A stretch of DNA of 64,000 nt from a virus. Its lineage: Duplodnaviria; Caudoviricetes. The DNA is taken from IMG/VR virus record IMGVR_UViG_3300017435_000003, positions 1,273 to 65,272 of that record; one strand, given 5' to 3'. The notes below the pieces were generated by a model that ran no database searches, was not told the origin of the DNA, and was given only the letters and a program-made list of their open reading frames with translations. The translations under genes and the position numbers were made by a program. Positions 7,475-16,475 of the stretch are shown piece by piece; position 1 is the first letter of the stretch, and each line of letters starts with the position of its first letter.

Positions 7475-8406
7475 ACATCTCGTCCGCCTTCACCGCCGCC
7501 GCGCGCTTGCTGGGCATCCAGTCCGCGCCGCCCAAGCCAGCCGGCGACATGAGCCGGTATCTCCAGCCGCTGGAACTGATCCCCGGCATGCCAGCCGCGT
7601 CCGAGCCGTGCGCGCTGGCGCAGAAGTGGACCCCTCTCGCTCACCCCCGCGCCGCCAGCGGCCAGGAGAAGGTCGACGGCATCCGCGCGCTGGCGCTGTG
7701 CACGCGCATCGTCTCACGCGAGGCCCTGCCGCTCGATTGCGCCCTGCACTGCCTGCCGGCGCTCGTGGAGCTCGAAGCGCGCTACGGCCAGCCGATGGTG
7801 TTCGATGGCGAGTACCAGGAGCCGGAGGGCTTTGAGGCGACCTTGGCGGCGCACAAGCGCGGCGAGGGCAAGGGCACGTTCTGGATCTTCGACGCCGTGC
7901 CTTATGCCGAGTGGAAGACCAACCGCTTCAACGATCGCTGGGACGTGCGCGTGCCCCGCATGGTCGAGATGGTCGAGAAGCTGGAGGCGCCGTTCGTCCA
8001 GGCCCTTCCCCCTATCCCCCTGGCCGATGCAGCGGACGCCGAGCGCAAGGCGGCCGAGATCTGGGCCCGGGGTGGCGAGGGCCTTGTCGTGAAGCGCAAC
8101 GCATCGATCTACGAGCGCGGCCGCACGCACGACTGGCTTAAGCTCAAGCGCGTGTGGACGCTCGACGGCGTGATCCGCGACCTGGTGATTAAGGACGGCC
8201 GCGTGATCGCCATGCTGATCGCCATCGGCGGCGTCACGACGGTCAAGGTCGGCTCTGCGATCCCGGAGCACCTGCGGACAGAGATGGCGCGCCAGCCGGA
8301 CGCGTGGACCGGCCGCATCGTGGAGGTGGCGTTCAATGAGCGCACGGACGCCGGCAAGCTGCGGGGCGGCTACTTCGTCCGCATGCGCGACGACAGGAGC
8401 AAGTGA
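7471..8406 (+). CDS. ATP-dependent DNA ligase (compact phage type)
   Basis: KxDG motif QEKVDGIR, VFDGE, WIFD, EGLVVK, WLKLK, C-terminal OB fold with KVGS; TTG 7471 after AAGGAGA. Confidence 0.9.
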   Translation: MNISSAFTAAARLLGIQSAPPKPAGDMSRYLQPLELIPGMPAASEPCALAQKWTPLAHPRAASGQEKVDGIRALALCTRIVSREALPLDCALHCLPALVELEARYGQPMVFDGEYQEPEGFEATLAAHKRGEGKGTFWIFDAVPYAEWKTNRFNDRWDVRVPRMVEMVEKLEAPFVQALPPIPLADAADAERKAAEIWARGGEGLVVKRNASIYERGRTHDWLKLKRVWTLDGVIRDLVIKDGRVIAMLIAIGGVTTVKVGSAIPEHLRTEMARQPDAWTGRIVEVAFNERTDAGKLRGGYFVRMRDDRSK

Positions 8407-8495
8407 TGGGCGAGATCCTCAAGGACGGCGCAATGTGGACGATCATCTTCGTCGGACTGTTCCTGCTGCTCTGCGGCTGCGTGGGAGGCGCGTGA
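8406..8495 (+). CDS. 29-aa membrane micropeptide B
   Basis: AGGAG RBS; MGEILKDGAMWTIIFVGLFLLLCGCVGGA; TGATG overlaps at both ends; 16/29 identical to peptide A. Confidence 0.75.
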   Translation: MGEILKDGAMWTIIFVGLFLLLCGCVGGA

Positions 8496-10381
8496 TGTTT
8501 CAAGGACTTTTCGTTGACGGCTTCGCGGGCGGTGGCGGCGCCAGCACTGGTATTGCTCAAGCCATCGGCCGTGAGGTCGACATCGCTATCAACCACGATC
8601 CGATGGCGATTGCGGTGCACAAGGCGAACCATCCGAGCGCCGAGCACCATTGCCAGGACATCCGGATCGTGTGGCCGCGCGCCGCGACCCGCAACAAGCA
8701 GGTGGGCGGCGTGTGGTTCTCGCCCGACTGTAAGGAGCACTCCAAGGCGAAAGGCGGTCCGGTGAAGGATCGCAACATCCGCCAACTGCCGTGGGAGATC
8801 ATCCCCTGGCTCAAGGATACCCAGCCGCTCGTCGGCTTCGTCGAGAACGTCGAGGAGATGAAGATGTGGGGGCCGCTCGACGAGCACGGCCACGTCATCA
8901 AGGAGTTGCGCGGTAAGGAGTTCGACAGGTGGATCCGCGCCATCCGGGGCCTGGGCTACCGGGTGCAGTATCGCGAGCTCCGCGCGTGCGATTATGGCGC
9001 GCCCACCAGCCGCAAGCGCCTTTACATCATCATGCGGCGCGATGGCGCACGGATTACCTGGCCGAAGCCAACGCATGCTCCGGCCAACGATAACCGCGTC
9101 ATGGCAGGCAAGCTGCTGCCGTACCGCACGGCCGCCGAGTGCATCGACTGGAGCATCCCCTGCACATCGATCTTCGACCGGGTGCGGCCGTTGAAGGAAA
9201 ACACCGAGCGGCGGATCGCGCACGGCGTCATGCGCTACGTGGTCAACGCTGCGCGGCCCTTCATCATTCCTGTCACCCATAGCGGCGACACCCGGGCTCA
9301 CGACGTCGGAGACCCACTGCGCACGATCACAACGGCCAACGGCGGCGAGTTCGCGGCCGTCGATGCCGTGCTGGCGCCGCACGTCACCAAGTTCCACAGC
9401 GGCTCCGTAGGATCGGCGCTCGACGCTCCAATGCCTACCGTGACGAGCAACGGGGAGTCCGCGCGACCAGCCGGAGCGACGCCTCTGGGAATCGCGGCCG
9501 CATCGATGGTCTCTATCGGCTACGGCGAGCGCAAGGGGCACCATGGCGATCAGGCGCCGCGCTCGCTCGACATCAACAAGCCGAACGGCACGGCCGTCGC
9601 CGGCGGCAACAAGTTCGCGGTGGTTGAAACGGCGATGGCTCCCATCGTCGATCGCCAGTTCGGCAGATCGCGCGGTGCTCCAGCCGACGAGCCGATTGGC
9701 GCCACGACGGCGGGCGGCGGTGGCAAGAGCGCGCAAGTATCGGCGTTTCTCTCGCGCTTCCACAAGTCGAACACGAACGGGGGACGCGGCGATGTCGGCG
9801 CGCCCCTGGGCGCAGTGACGGCTGGCGGCCAACATCATGCCGTTGTCGCCGCGCACATCGAGCAGGCCAACACTGGCGGCATGCTCGGCCGCGAAGCGGG
9901 GCGCCCCTTCACCACTGTGACCACGACGGGCGCGCAGCAACGCGTGGTCGAGACCACGATGATTGAGGAGGGCGCGCTACCACCAGCGATGATGGAGCGA
10001 GCGGTCAAGGTCGCGGCGTTCCTGGTGAAGTATTATGGCACGGGTGTCGGCCGAGATGTGGAGCGGCCGTTCGACACCGTCACGACGAAGGAGCGCTATG
10101 CCGTCGTCACCGTGACGATCGACGCCGTCACCTATGTGATCGTCGACATCGGCATGCGGATGCTCACGCCGCGCGAACTCGCCCGGGCGCAGGGCTTTCC
10201 CGAGTCCTACATCCTGGACCCGGTGGTGCCGCAGCTGATCCGCGGCAAGTGGGTGAGCAAGCCGCTCACTAAGGCCGCGCAGATCCGGATGATCGGTAAC
10301 AGCGTCTGCCCCGACGTGGCGCGGGCCCTAGTGGCAGCGAACATGCCTGCGGCGGATGTCGCATTGAAGGAGGCCGCGTGA
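8495..10381 (+). CDS. DNA (cytosine-5) methyltransferase, phage long type
   Basis: FAGGGG motif I, SPDC catalytic motif IV, ENV motif VI, RKR motif VIII, RMLTPRELARAQGF, IGNSVCP motif X; GGAGG RBS before ATG 8495. Confidence 0.92.
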   Translation: MFQGLFVDGFAGGGGASTGIAQAIGREVDIAINHDPMAIAVHKANHPSAEHHCQDIRIVWPRAATRNKQVGGVWFSPDCKEHSKAKGGPVKDRNIRQLPWEIIPWLKDTQPLVGFVENVEEMKMWGPLDEHGHVIKELRGKEFDRWIRAIRGLGYRVQYRELRACDYGAPTSRKRLYIIMRRDGARITWPKPTHAPANDNRVMAGKLLPYRTAAECIDWSIPCTSIFDRVRPLKENTERRIAHGVMRYVVNAARPFIIPVTHSGDTRAHDVGDPLRTITTANGGEFAAVDAVLAPHVTKFHSGSVGSALDAPMPTVTSNGESARPAGATPLGIAAASMVSIGYGERKGHHGDQAPRSLDINKPNGTAVAGGNKFAVVETAMAPIVDRQFGRSRGAPADEPIGATTAGGGGKSAQVSAFLSRFHKSNTNGGRGDVGAPLGAVTAGGQHHAVVAAHIEQANTGGMLGREAGRPFTTVTTTGAQQRVVETTMIEEGALPPAMMERAVKVAAFLVKYYGTGVGRDVERPFDTVTTKERYAVVTVTIDAVTYVIVDIGMRMLTPRELARAQGFPESYILDPVVPQLIRGKWVSKPLTKAAQIRMIGNSVCPDVARALVAANMPAADVALKEAA

Positions 10382-10779
10382 TGCTCAGCGAGATCGCCAA
10401 GGCCGCGATCGATGGCCTACGCAAGAAACTGGACGCTGGCGCTCTTGAGGCGCTGCGCTCTGGCATGGATTGGGCAGAAGGCCCGATGGAGGATCCCGAC
10501 CCCTACCGCTGGTTGAAGCCCTTCGACCTTTTCCAGCCGCAGCGCATGGAGATCCAGGTTAAATGCGGGCCGGTCGAGCCCGGCACATTTGATCCTCCCA
10601 AAGGCTGGCGAGTAATCCGCCACGCCGACTGGATCGCCGCCGGACGGCCTGGCGACATCGTCACCGTCGAGGACATCGCCAATCCCCGTTGCGGCTGCTC
10701 GTCCGAAGTAGCGCGCCGCGTCATCGTCGATCATGGCACCTGTAACATGGCCGGGTGTCCCTACGGGGGCGACGTGTGA
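10378..10779 (+). CDS. Hypothetical protein with Cys-rich C-terminus
   Basis: ORF track; overlaps the MTase stop; AAGGAGG RBS. Confidence 0.6.
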   Translation: MMLSEIAKAAIDGLRKKLDAGALEALRSGMDWAEGPMEDPDPYRWLKPFDLFQPQRMEIQVKCGPVEPGTFDPPKGWRVIRHADWIAAGRPGDIVTVEDIANPRCGCSSEVARRVIVDHGTCNMAGCPYGGDV

Positions 10780-10895
10780 TGCCGTGCCGCAGCGGTCAAG
10801 TTCGACCGGGCGATGCGAGAGCTCGGCCGCTAACACTTTCGTTTCGGGCGCTGCCACCGCGGTGCGTCACACAACTAGGGAATTGGAGAACTTCG

Positions 10896-11237
10896 ATGAT
10901 TGATCCCGAAACGGAATCGTCCGTGCGCGCCGCGTGGGGAGCGCGGCCACACCTCACCGACGACGCGCTGCGCCGGGGGGTTCGCCTCTTTCCTCCTGCA
11001 GAGCCATGGGTGGTGTCACCCAGCGGCCTTGATCTCGTGCCGCCGACGCGAGGGATCCGGGAGCACTTTTTCCGCCTGGTCGACGACGAGGTGTACCAGC
11101 CGGACGGGAAGCACCCTTACCTCCTGCACCGGCGACTCCGCATCATCGGCGACGGCGTCACGGTCGAGGAGCAGGTCGAGCCGACAATCAACGCGCTCAG
11201 ACGCGGGCGCTACCACCAGATCCAGCCGAAAGGCTGA
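10896..11237 (+). CDS. Hypothetical protein
   Basis: GGAGA RBS before ATG 10896, in ORF 10755..11237. Confidence 0.6.
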   Translation: MIDPETESSVRAAWGARPHLTDDALRRGVRLFPPAEPWVVSPSGLDLVPPTRGIREHFFRLVDDEVYQPDGKHPYLLHRRLRIIGDGVTVEEQVEPTINALRRGRYHQIQPKG

Positions 11238-11302
11238 ACGATATGGGCGCGGGGAGCAGGGCCGCCGCGCGCCTTTCAATCACGGGCCCGAAGGAACGTA
11301 CT

Positions 11303-11488
11303 ATGAAGAAACTGAATTTCGCCATCGCTGCAGCCTGCCTTGCGTCCGCTTCACCGGCAGTGGCCTCGCCTGAGCAGGTGCCGGCTACGGTGGCCGAGAA
11401 GGCGCAGGGACGGTGCGGCATCTGGGGATGGCTCGGCTATTGCCAGATGAGCGCACTGCGCCAGCAGGTTGTTGCCACCAATCGATGA
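11303..11488 (+). CDS. Small secreted protein, 61 aa, Sec signal peptide and CGIWGWLGYC loop
   Basis: AAGGA RBS; MKKLNFAIAAACLASASPAVA is a classic signal peptide. Confidence 0.7.
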   Translation: MKKLNFAIAAACLASASPAVASPEQVPATVAEKAQGRCGIWGWLGYCQMSALRQQVVATNR

Positions 11489-11531
11489 CGGTGGCATAGC
11501 CAGCAACGTCGCTGGTGGCCAAGCCGTCGAC

Positions 11532-11573
11532 AAGGGCGGTCGCCGGGGGATCCCAGCGGCCGCCCTTTCTTTT
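11532..11573 (+). terminator. Intrinsic terminator between convergent blocks
   Basis: AAGGGCGGTCGC/GCGGCCGCCCTT stem followed by TCTTTT. Confidence 0.7.
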
Positions 11574-11586
11574 GCCCGCCCCGCGC

Positions 11587-11610
11587 TGCCGTTAATACGC
11601 GCACGCGCGA
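11587..11610. repeat. Direct repeat copy 1 (TGCCGTTAATACGCGCACGCGCGA)
   Basis: 22/24 identical to 16476-16499. Confidence 0.75.
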
Positions 11611-11651
11611 GGACGGGGCCTTCTCGATCTAGCTCGATGCCCCGCCCGTTT

Positions 11652-13895
11652 TTAAGGCACGTCGACGTAGCGGTACGAGCTCCCGTACAGGCCGACATAG
11701 AAGCGCTTGGCGATGTTCATGTCGCCATTGACCGCGACGATCTGATCCAGGCTGCTCGCAGGGAATTGTTCGATCAGCGTCCAGGTGGCCGCATCATCCG
11801 CCGACCAGTAAACCCCGAACACGCCGTTGACGAACCCAGCCGCCACGATGGTCGGGGTGCTGCCGTTTACCGCCTTGCCGAAGCCGAAGTCGAACACCCC
11901 GACGATCGTCCCAGCCGGCGAGAAGGTGGCACCGCCATCGACCGAGCGCAGGAAGCCCGTCGTGTTCCCGCTGGTCAGCGTCTCGTTCGCGAAGTTGCCA
12001 TCGCAGAGGTACATCTTCCCAGCCGTGCCCGGGACAGCGCGCAGCTTGACGTTGACCACCTTGCTGCCGAGACCGGACGCGCGCTGCGTCCAGGTCGCGC
12101 CCTTGTCGGTGGTGCGGAAGACGCTGCCCGTCTGGAAGTTGTAGGCATAGAACGTGCCCTCCGTCACCTGATCGGCCGTGACGATGCTGCGCTTGAACCG
12201 GTAGTTGCTCCCCCATCCGGATTGAGGCGTCCCGGTCGGGGTGGAGACGTAGGTATCGGTGACGCCGGGGAACGTCATCCGAGTCCACGTCGCACCGCGA
12301 TCGGTCGAGCGGTACGGCCGCGCGTTGTCGCTCGGGAACAGCATGATCGTGTTCGTGTCGCAGACTGCGATGTTACCGCCCAACTTGCTGTCCGTCGTCA
12401 TGTCAGGCGGCAGCGTGGCGAAGTTGGTGAAGCTCTTGCCTCCGTTGACCGAGTAGCCGGACAGGGAGTGGAATGCCCCGTTGTGGAAGCTGTTGGCCAC
12501 CATGCCGACGAACATCGGACTCTGCGGAGAGTAGGCGGCGTGCCAACCGTGGATGATCTCTGCGGCGGGATCGATCGGCACGTTGATGCTGGTCGGGAAC
12601 ACCTCGGGATCGGCGATCGAGATGGCGGCGCGGTCCCAATTGAGGGTGAGCGGATCGCCCCCGGGGATCGAGATGATCGTGTTGGCGACGAGCTCCTCGA
12701 TGCCAGCCGTCTCGGAGCGCCATATGTTGTTGCCCGTGCCGACGATCGGATTGCACCAGATGACGCCGACGCCCATCGACATGTAGAGCTTGTTCGCTTC
12801 CGTCGGATCGAAGCGTAGCTGGCCAGCCGAAAGGAAGTACGCCCCGGTGTCTGCCAGCCAAGGCACGTCGCTCCCGGCTTTTGTGAGCGTCCAGGTCTTG
12901 TAGCTGCCCCAGGTAACGCCCCCGTCTGTCGTGAGGGAGGTGCGCCCATCCGCCGCGCAGATGGCGATGCGGTTAGGATCGGTAGGGTGGATGGCCACCG
13001 CATAGGGCGAACGAGCGGTGCCGCCTGCCGGATTGACGTTGACCGTCGTCCAGTTGGTTCCGTCGAACATGTAGGCGTCGAACGAGCCCGGCGTCTGGTA
13101 GCAGGTGATCCAGAGCTTGCCGGTGCTGCTGATAGCGATCTGGCTTAGCTGCGTCGGGCCGCCTGCGACCGCGGCGAACGTGACGCCCCCATCGGTGGAG
13201 CGATAGAGCCCTGTCCCGTCGCAATAGAGGTAGATGCCCTGCTTGCGCCCGCTCACAGTGGCAGACGTCGGGTCGAAGCAGACGCCCCAGCCGCGCGCAC
13301 CGACTGCCGGCAAGCCAGTCACCGTCGTCCAGGTCTCGCCGGCATCACGGCTGATCTGCACGCCACCGATGACACTGGTCGCGATGACGACATCCGGATT
13401 GATCGGGTCGACGGCCATCTTCGGACCGTACCAGCGATAGGCGTTGTTGCCGTCGCGGCCCTCGGAGTTGGCGGGAAGGCGCGTGAACGCCGTCTTCGTC
13501 CAGGTCGCCGCCCGATTGCTGGTCCGGTACACCCAGCCGTTCAGCTGCATGTAGATGCGCTGCGCATTGCTCGGGGCGAAGCGGGTCTCATAGACGCCCT
13601 GCCCCCGGTACAACTCGATGTCTTCGGCTGGCATGGAAGCTGTGTTGAAGAGCTCCTTCCAGCGAGCGTCCCCCTTCGTCTTGATGTAGCCGCCGTACAC
13701 GTCGGCCTTGGCTATCATGCCGCCCGCGCTGTCCATATCCATACCGACCAGCCAGCCGCCGCCGCCGATCGCCAATTCCTTGAAGGCAGCGGGTGTCGGC
13801 GTCGGCGTGGGGCTCGGAGTGGGAGTGGGTGTCACCGCGGCGAGGATCTTACTCCCGGCGACACTGGAAAAGAACCGAGAGGAAGACAGAGGCAT
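11652..13895 (-). CDS. GH74 (xyloglucanase-like) double beta-propeller protein with N-terminal PT linker
   Basis: AIGGGG, AKADVYGGY, GIEELV...PGGDPLTLNWD, many SxDxGxTW (BNR/Asp-box) repeats, YVGLYG near the C-terminus. Confidence 0.8.
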   Translation of the reverse strand: MPLSSSRFFSSVAGSKILAAVTPTPTPSPTPTPTPAAFKELAIGGGGWLVGMDMDSAGGMIAKADVYGGYIKTKGDARWKELFNTASMPAEDIELYRGQGVYETRFAPSNAQRIYMQLNGWVYRTSNRAATWTKTAFTRLPANSEGRDGNNAYRWYGPKMAVDPINPDVVIATSVIGGVQISRDAGETWTTVTGLPAVGARGWGVCFDPTSATVSGRKQGIYLYCDGTGLYRSTDGGVTFAAVAGGPTQLSQIAISSTGKLWITCYQTPGSFDAYMFDGTNWTTVNVNPAGGTARSPYAVAIHPTDPNRIAICAADGRTSLTTDGGVTWGSYKTWTLTKAGSDVPWLADTGAYFLSAGQLRFDPTEANKLYMSMGVGVIWCNPIVGTGNNIWRSETAGIEELVANTIISIPGGDPLTLNWDRAAISIADPEVFPTSINVPIDPAAEIIHGWHAAYSPQSPMFVGMVANSFHNGAFHSLSGYSVNGGKSFTNFATLPPDMTTDSKLGGNIAVCDTNTIMLFPSDNARPYRSTDRGATWTRMTFPGVTDTYVSTPTGTPQSGWGSNYRFKRSIVTADQVTEGTFYAYNFQTGSVFRTTDKGATWTQRASGLGSKVVNVKLRAVPGTAGKMYLCDGNFANETLTSGNTTGFLRSVDGGATFSPAGTIVGVFDFGFGKAVNGSTPTIVAAGFVNGVFGVYWSADDAATWTLIEQFPASSLDQIVAVNGDMNIAKRFYVGLYGSSYRYVDVP

Positions 13896-13909
13896 GAGGA
13901 TGCTCCAAA

Positions 13910-14398
13910 TTATGCGGCGATGTTTCCTGACAAGGTCGCCCGCGCTGCGCTCCCTGCGTTTGCTTTAACGATCATTGATACGGTCGCTTGCTGACCAGCT
14001 GTTTTCGTCACGCTACCGTAGCTCACGATCGTAGCACCTGATGCGGCTACGAAGGTGATCCGGCCTGCGCCCTCCTGCTCAAAGGTCGCGCTCCAGCCGA
14101 TAGGCAGGCTGTTCGGCATGGTCACTGTGACGTCGGTTGCAGAATTGAACACGAAGTACGTGCCGTTGTCGGCAGCGGTGAGCGTATAGCTGGCCGTCTT
14201 GTTCACCACCTTCATCAGCGCCAGGGCATCGAGCGCCGCTTGCACCGGGGACGCGCTCTTCCAGGTGTTCGTGGCGGTATAGGTCGCCCAATAAAAGCCC
14301 GCTGATGCCCCAAGCCCCAAAGGATCCCAAGACGCGGGATCCACCAAGACCTCGAGGCCGACGTAAGGGTTCAGAGGCACGGCGGTCATCGGGGTCAT
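13910..14398 (-). CDS. Putative virion structural / tail-associated protein
   Basis: TASYTLTAADNG...VTVTMP...FEQEGAGRITF beta-rich module typical of phage tail appendages; AAGGA RBS. Confidence 0.6.
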   Translation of the reverse strand: MTPMTAVPLNPYVGLEVLVDPASWDPLGLGASAGFYWATYTATNTWKSASPVQAALDALALMKVVNKTASYTLTAADNGTYFVFNSATDVTVTMPNSLPIGWSATFEQEGAGRITFVAASGATIVSYGSVTKTAGQQATVSMIVKANAGSAARATLSGNIAA

Positions 14399-14434
14399 AG
14401 CTGTATCCTTTGGGTCGAGAGATTGAGGCGAGCC

Positions 14435-16180
14435 TTAGATGTAAGGCACTTCTCCGCTCCACTGCAGGGTCCGATCGACCGACGGGGGCGTGCCGAAGTG
14501 AACCCTGAAAGTCGTCGCACCCACGTTGTTGACGGCATAGGTGGACAACCAACTGTTACCATGCAGGTTGTTGAATTTCAGCGATGCCGCACTCGGCGCC
14601 GCAAACAACCCGTGCGTCACATCGATGTAAGTCGACCCGGCAGGAACAACTATCGACCCCTCGGCGGCGAGAACGTTATTCAGGCACGCTTCCTTGTTCC
14701 ATTTGTCCGAGAACCTGCAGCGCATCAGGCCGTTTGGAAAAGCATCGGTCATAGCTTCAACGGAATTATATCCGGTGAACTGGACCGTGAAACCAACGCA
14801 AACACTGTCCCCCTGGAGGAAGTAGTTTCCGGTCGACGTCACCTTGTTCTTGCTCACCGATGAGCCGTTGAAGCAAATCTTGTTCTGCAAGAACGAGTTG
14901 CCACTCGTGGCGTATCGCGAGGTGTCAGTGCCACCAGTCGCATAAGCCACGTTGTAGCGGACAGTGTCGATGGGATAGTGGACATACTCGAAGAAGTTGC
15001 CGGAGATCTGTGCCGTGTGCACCGCTCGCGTATCGCCGACGTTATCGGACCGGGTCGCGATGCCGGACATCTCGCCGGTCGTGCCGAAGGTCCCGATATG
15101 GCAACCCGTGATCGACAGCTCGAATATGGAATATTTGTTGCCCGCCTCCTTATGGATCAGGATGGCGCAAGGCATCATGGTAACTGGCGTGGCACCAGGA
15201 ACGACGACGCCGTTCGGGCCAGGCATGTTGACCGTCGTCGGCCCCGACTTGCCGCAGTACATTTGGCACTTGTCGAAGTGGAAGTGATCCTCGTTCTCGG
15301 TATTCGTCGCCTGTAGACGAATGAACACGTTGACCCAATTGCAGTTGAACGTGCAGCGGGTGAAGTACGTCCACTGCGCCCAATGCGTCTTGACGCCGAT
15401 GCAAGCAGTGGTCGAGCTCCCGCTCGTGTGCCCGATGTAGCAGTCTTCAAACTTCGTGTTGTCGGCCAAGTCGATGAGGACGATCTCGCCATCGCGAGCT
15501 CCCACCGACTGGAAGTTGATCCACTTGAAAGTCGTCTCGATCGGCTTGATGCCGTTCTTCTCGATACGGCCGTTAGTCCCGATCGTCGTTTCATCAGACT
15601 GTCCCACGATGATCCGAGCCTGCCCAACGCCGTTCGGTTGTAGGTTGCATCGACTGTTGGAACCGCGAAGCGTGCAGCCGCTCTTCAAAATGCGCTTGTC
15701 GGTTGAATACCGCCATGTGCCCGGGGGCACGTCAAGCGTGGAGCCGTCGTTCTGGTTGAGCCAACTGAATGCGGCATTGATCGCCGCTTCGTTAGCGGTG
15801 TTGTCGTTCGCGATCAGGCCGAACCAGCCGAGGTTCGCCACCCGCGCTTGGGTGTTGGCCCGCACCCAAGCGCCGCTTGCACCAGTAGGATCGCTGGCTG
15901 GCGGGATAAGGAAGGCCATCCCCGGGTCGCTCGCCACTGCTGCGGCAAGGTTGGATGGGTCGAAGTGGAACGTCCCCTGTCGATACGCTTCGGACAGGTA
16001 GACCGAGAACTTCCTGTTGGTACGCGCTTGCAACTGGCTGACCGTGAACGCTGGCACCAGAATGGCGCCCGTCTGATCTGCGGCCGGCAAGCGTGCCAAA
16101 GAGCCCTCAACGGCATCATCGAATGCTGCAAGGTCCGGACCTTCTGCGATCTGATCAACGCGGACAACTGCTGCGGGCAT
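14435..16180 (-). CDS. Tailspike / depolymerase with pectate-lyase-like beta-helix
   Basis: N-terminal anchor with ASGAWVR, then NLGWFGLIANDNTANEAAINAA, TLDVPPGTW, CTLRG; N/G-rich beta-helix body. Confidence 0.75.
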   Translation of the reverse strand: MPAAVVRVDQIAEGPDLAAFDDAVEGSLARLPAADQTGAILVPAFTVSQLQARTNRKFSVYLSEAYRQGTFHFDPSNLAAAVASDPGMAFLIPPASDPTGASGAWVRANTQARVANLGWFGLIANDNTANEAAINAAFSWLNQNDGSTLDVPPGTWRYSTDKRILKSGCTLRGSNSRCNLQPNGVGQARIIVGQSDETTIGTNGRIEKNGIKPIETTFKWINFQSVGARDGEIVLIDLADNTKFEDCYIGHTSGSSTTACIGVKTHWAQWTYFTRCTFNCNWVNVFIRLQATNTENEDHFHFDKCQMYCGKSGPTTVNMPGPNGVVVPGATPVTMMPCAILIHKEAGNKYSIFELSITGCHIGTFGTTGEMSGIATRSDNVGDTRAVHTAQISGNFFEYVHYPIDTVRYNVAYATGGTDTSRYATSGNSFLQNKICFNGSSVSKNKVTSTGNYFLQGDSVCVGFTVQFTGYNSVEAMTDAFPNGLMRCRFSDKWNKEACLNNVLAAEGSIVVPAGSTYIDVTHGLFAAPSAASLKFNNLHGNSWLSTYAVNNVGATTFRVHFGTPPSVDRTLQWSGEVPYI

Positions 16181-16435
16181 TTACCTAACTCCCAGATAGA
16201 GGCCCGAAGGCAGCGTAAGTAATGCCCCGGAAGGCAAAGAAAGTACACCGTCCAGCACGTCGTCGATGGGCGTGGAGATTGGGTCGGCCGCTTCCAGCAG
16301 GGCAGCTTCAACTCGTGCCGTGCGCCCCAAGTCCGCGCCAGCGAGCGCTGCCTCGAGGAGGGCGCGCAACTTGAAATGGTCATAGGAGCGCGCGGGCAAC
16401 ATAACGGGGCCGTTTGGGCCGACATATTCCGTCAT
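16181..16435 (-). CDS. Hypothetical protein
   Basis: GAGGA RBS before ATG 16435; stop abuts the tailspike start. Confidence 0.6.
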   Translation of the reverse strand: MTEYVGPNGPVMLPARSYDHFKLRALLEAALAGADLGRTARVEAALLEAADPISTPIDDVLDGVLSLPSGALLTLPSGLYLGVR

Positions 16436-16475
16436 CGAGCTTCCTCGCAGCAACCTGCCAAGGCCGGACAGGAGA

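Noticed and set aside
10780-10860. Twister or HDV-like ribozyme suggested by GCTAACAC
   Set aside because: I could not build the twister P4 loop (GGUNNNAAGC) or the HDV P1/P3 nested pseudoknot by hand; kept only as a low-interest structured region
11469-12818. Long opposite-strand ORFs (for example 11469..12818, 28577..30019, 32386..33963, 51066..52889, 8333..9940)
   Set aside because: Shadow ORFs of high-GC genes with clear motifs on the other strand; no RBS or recognisable domains
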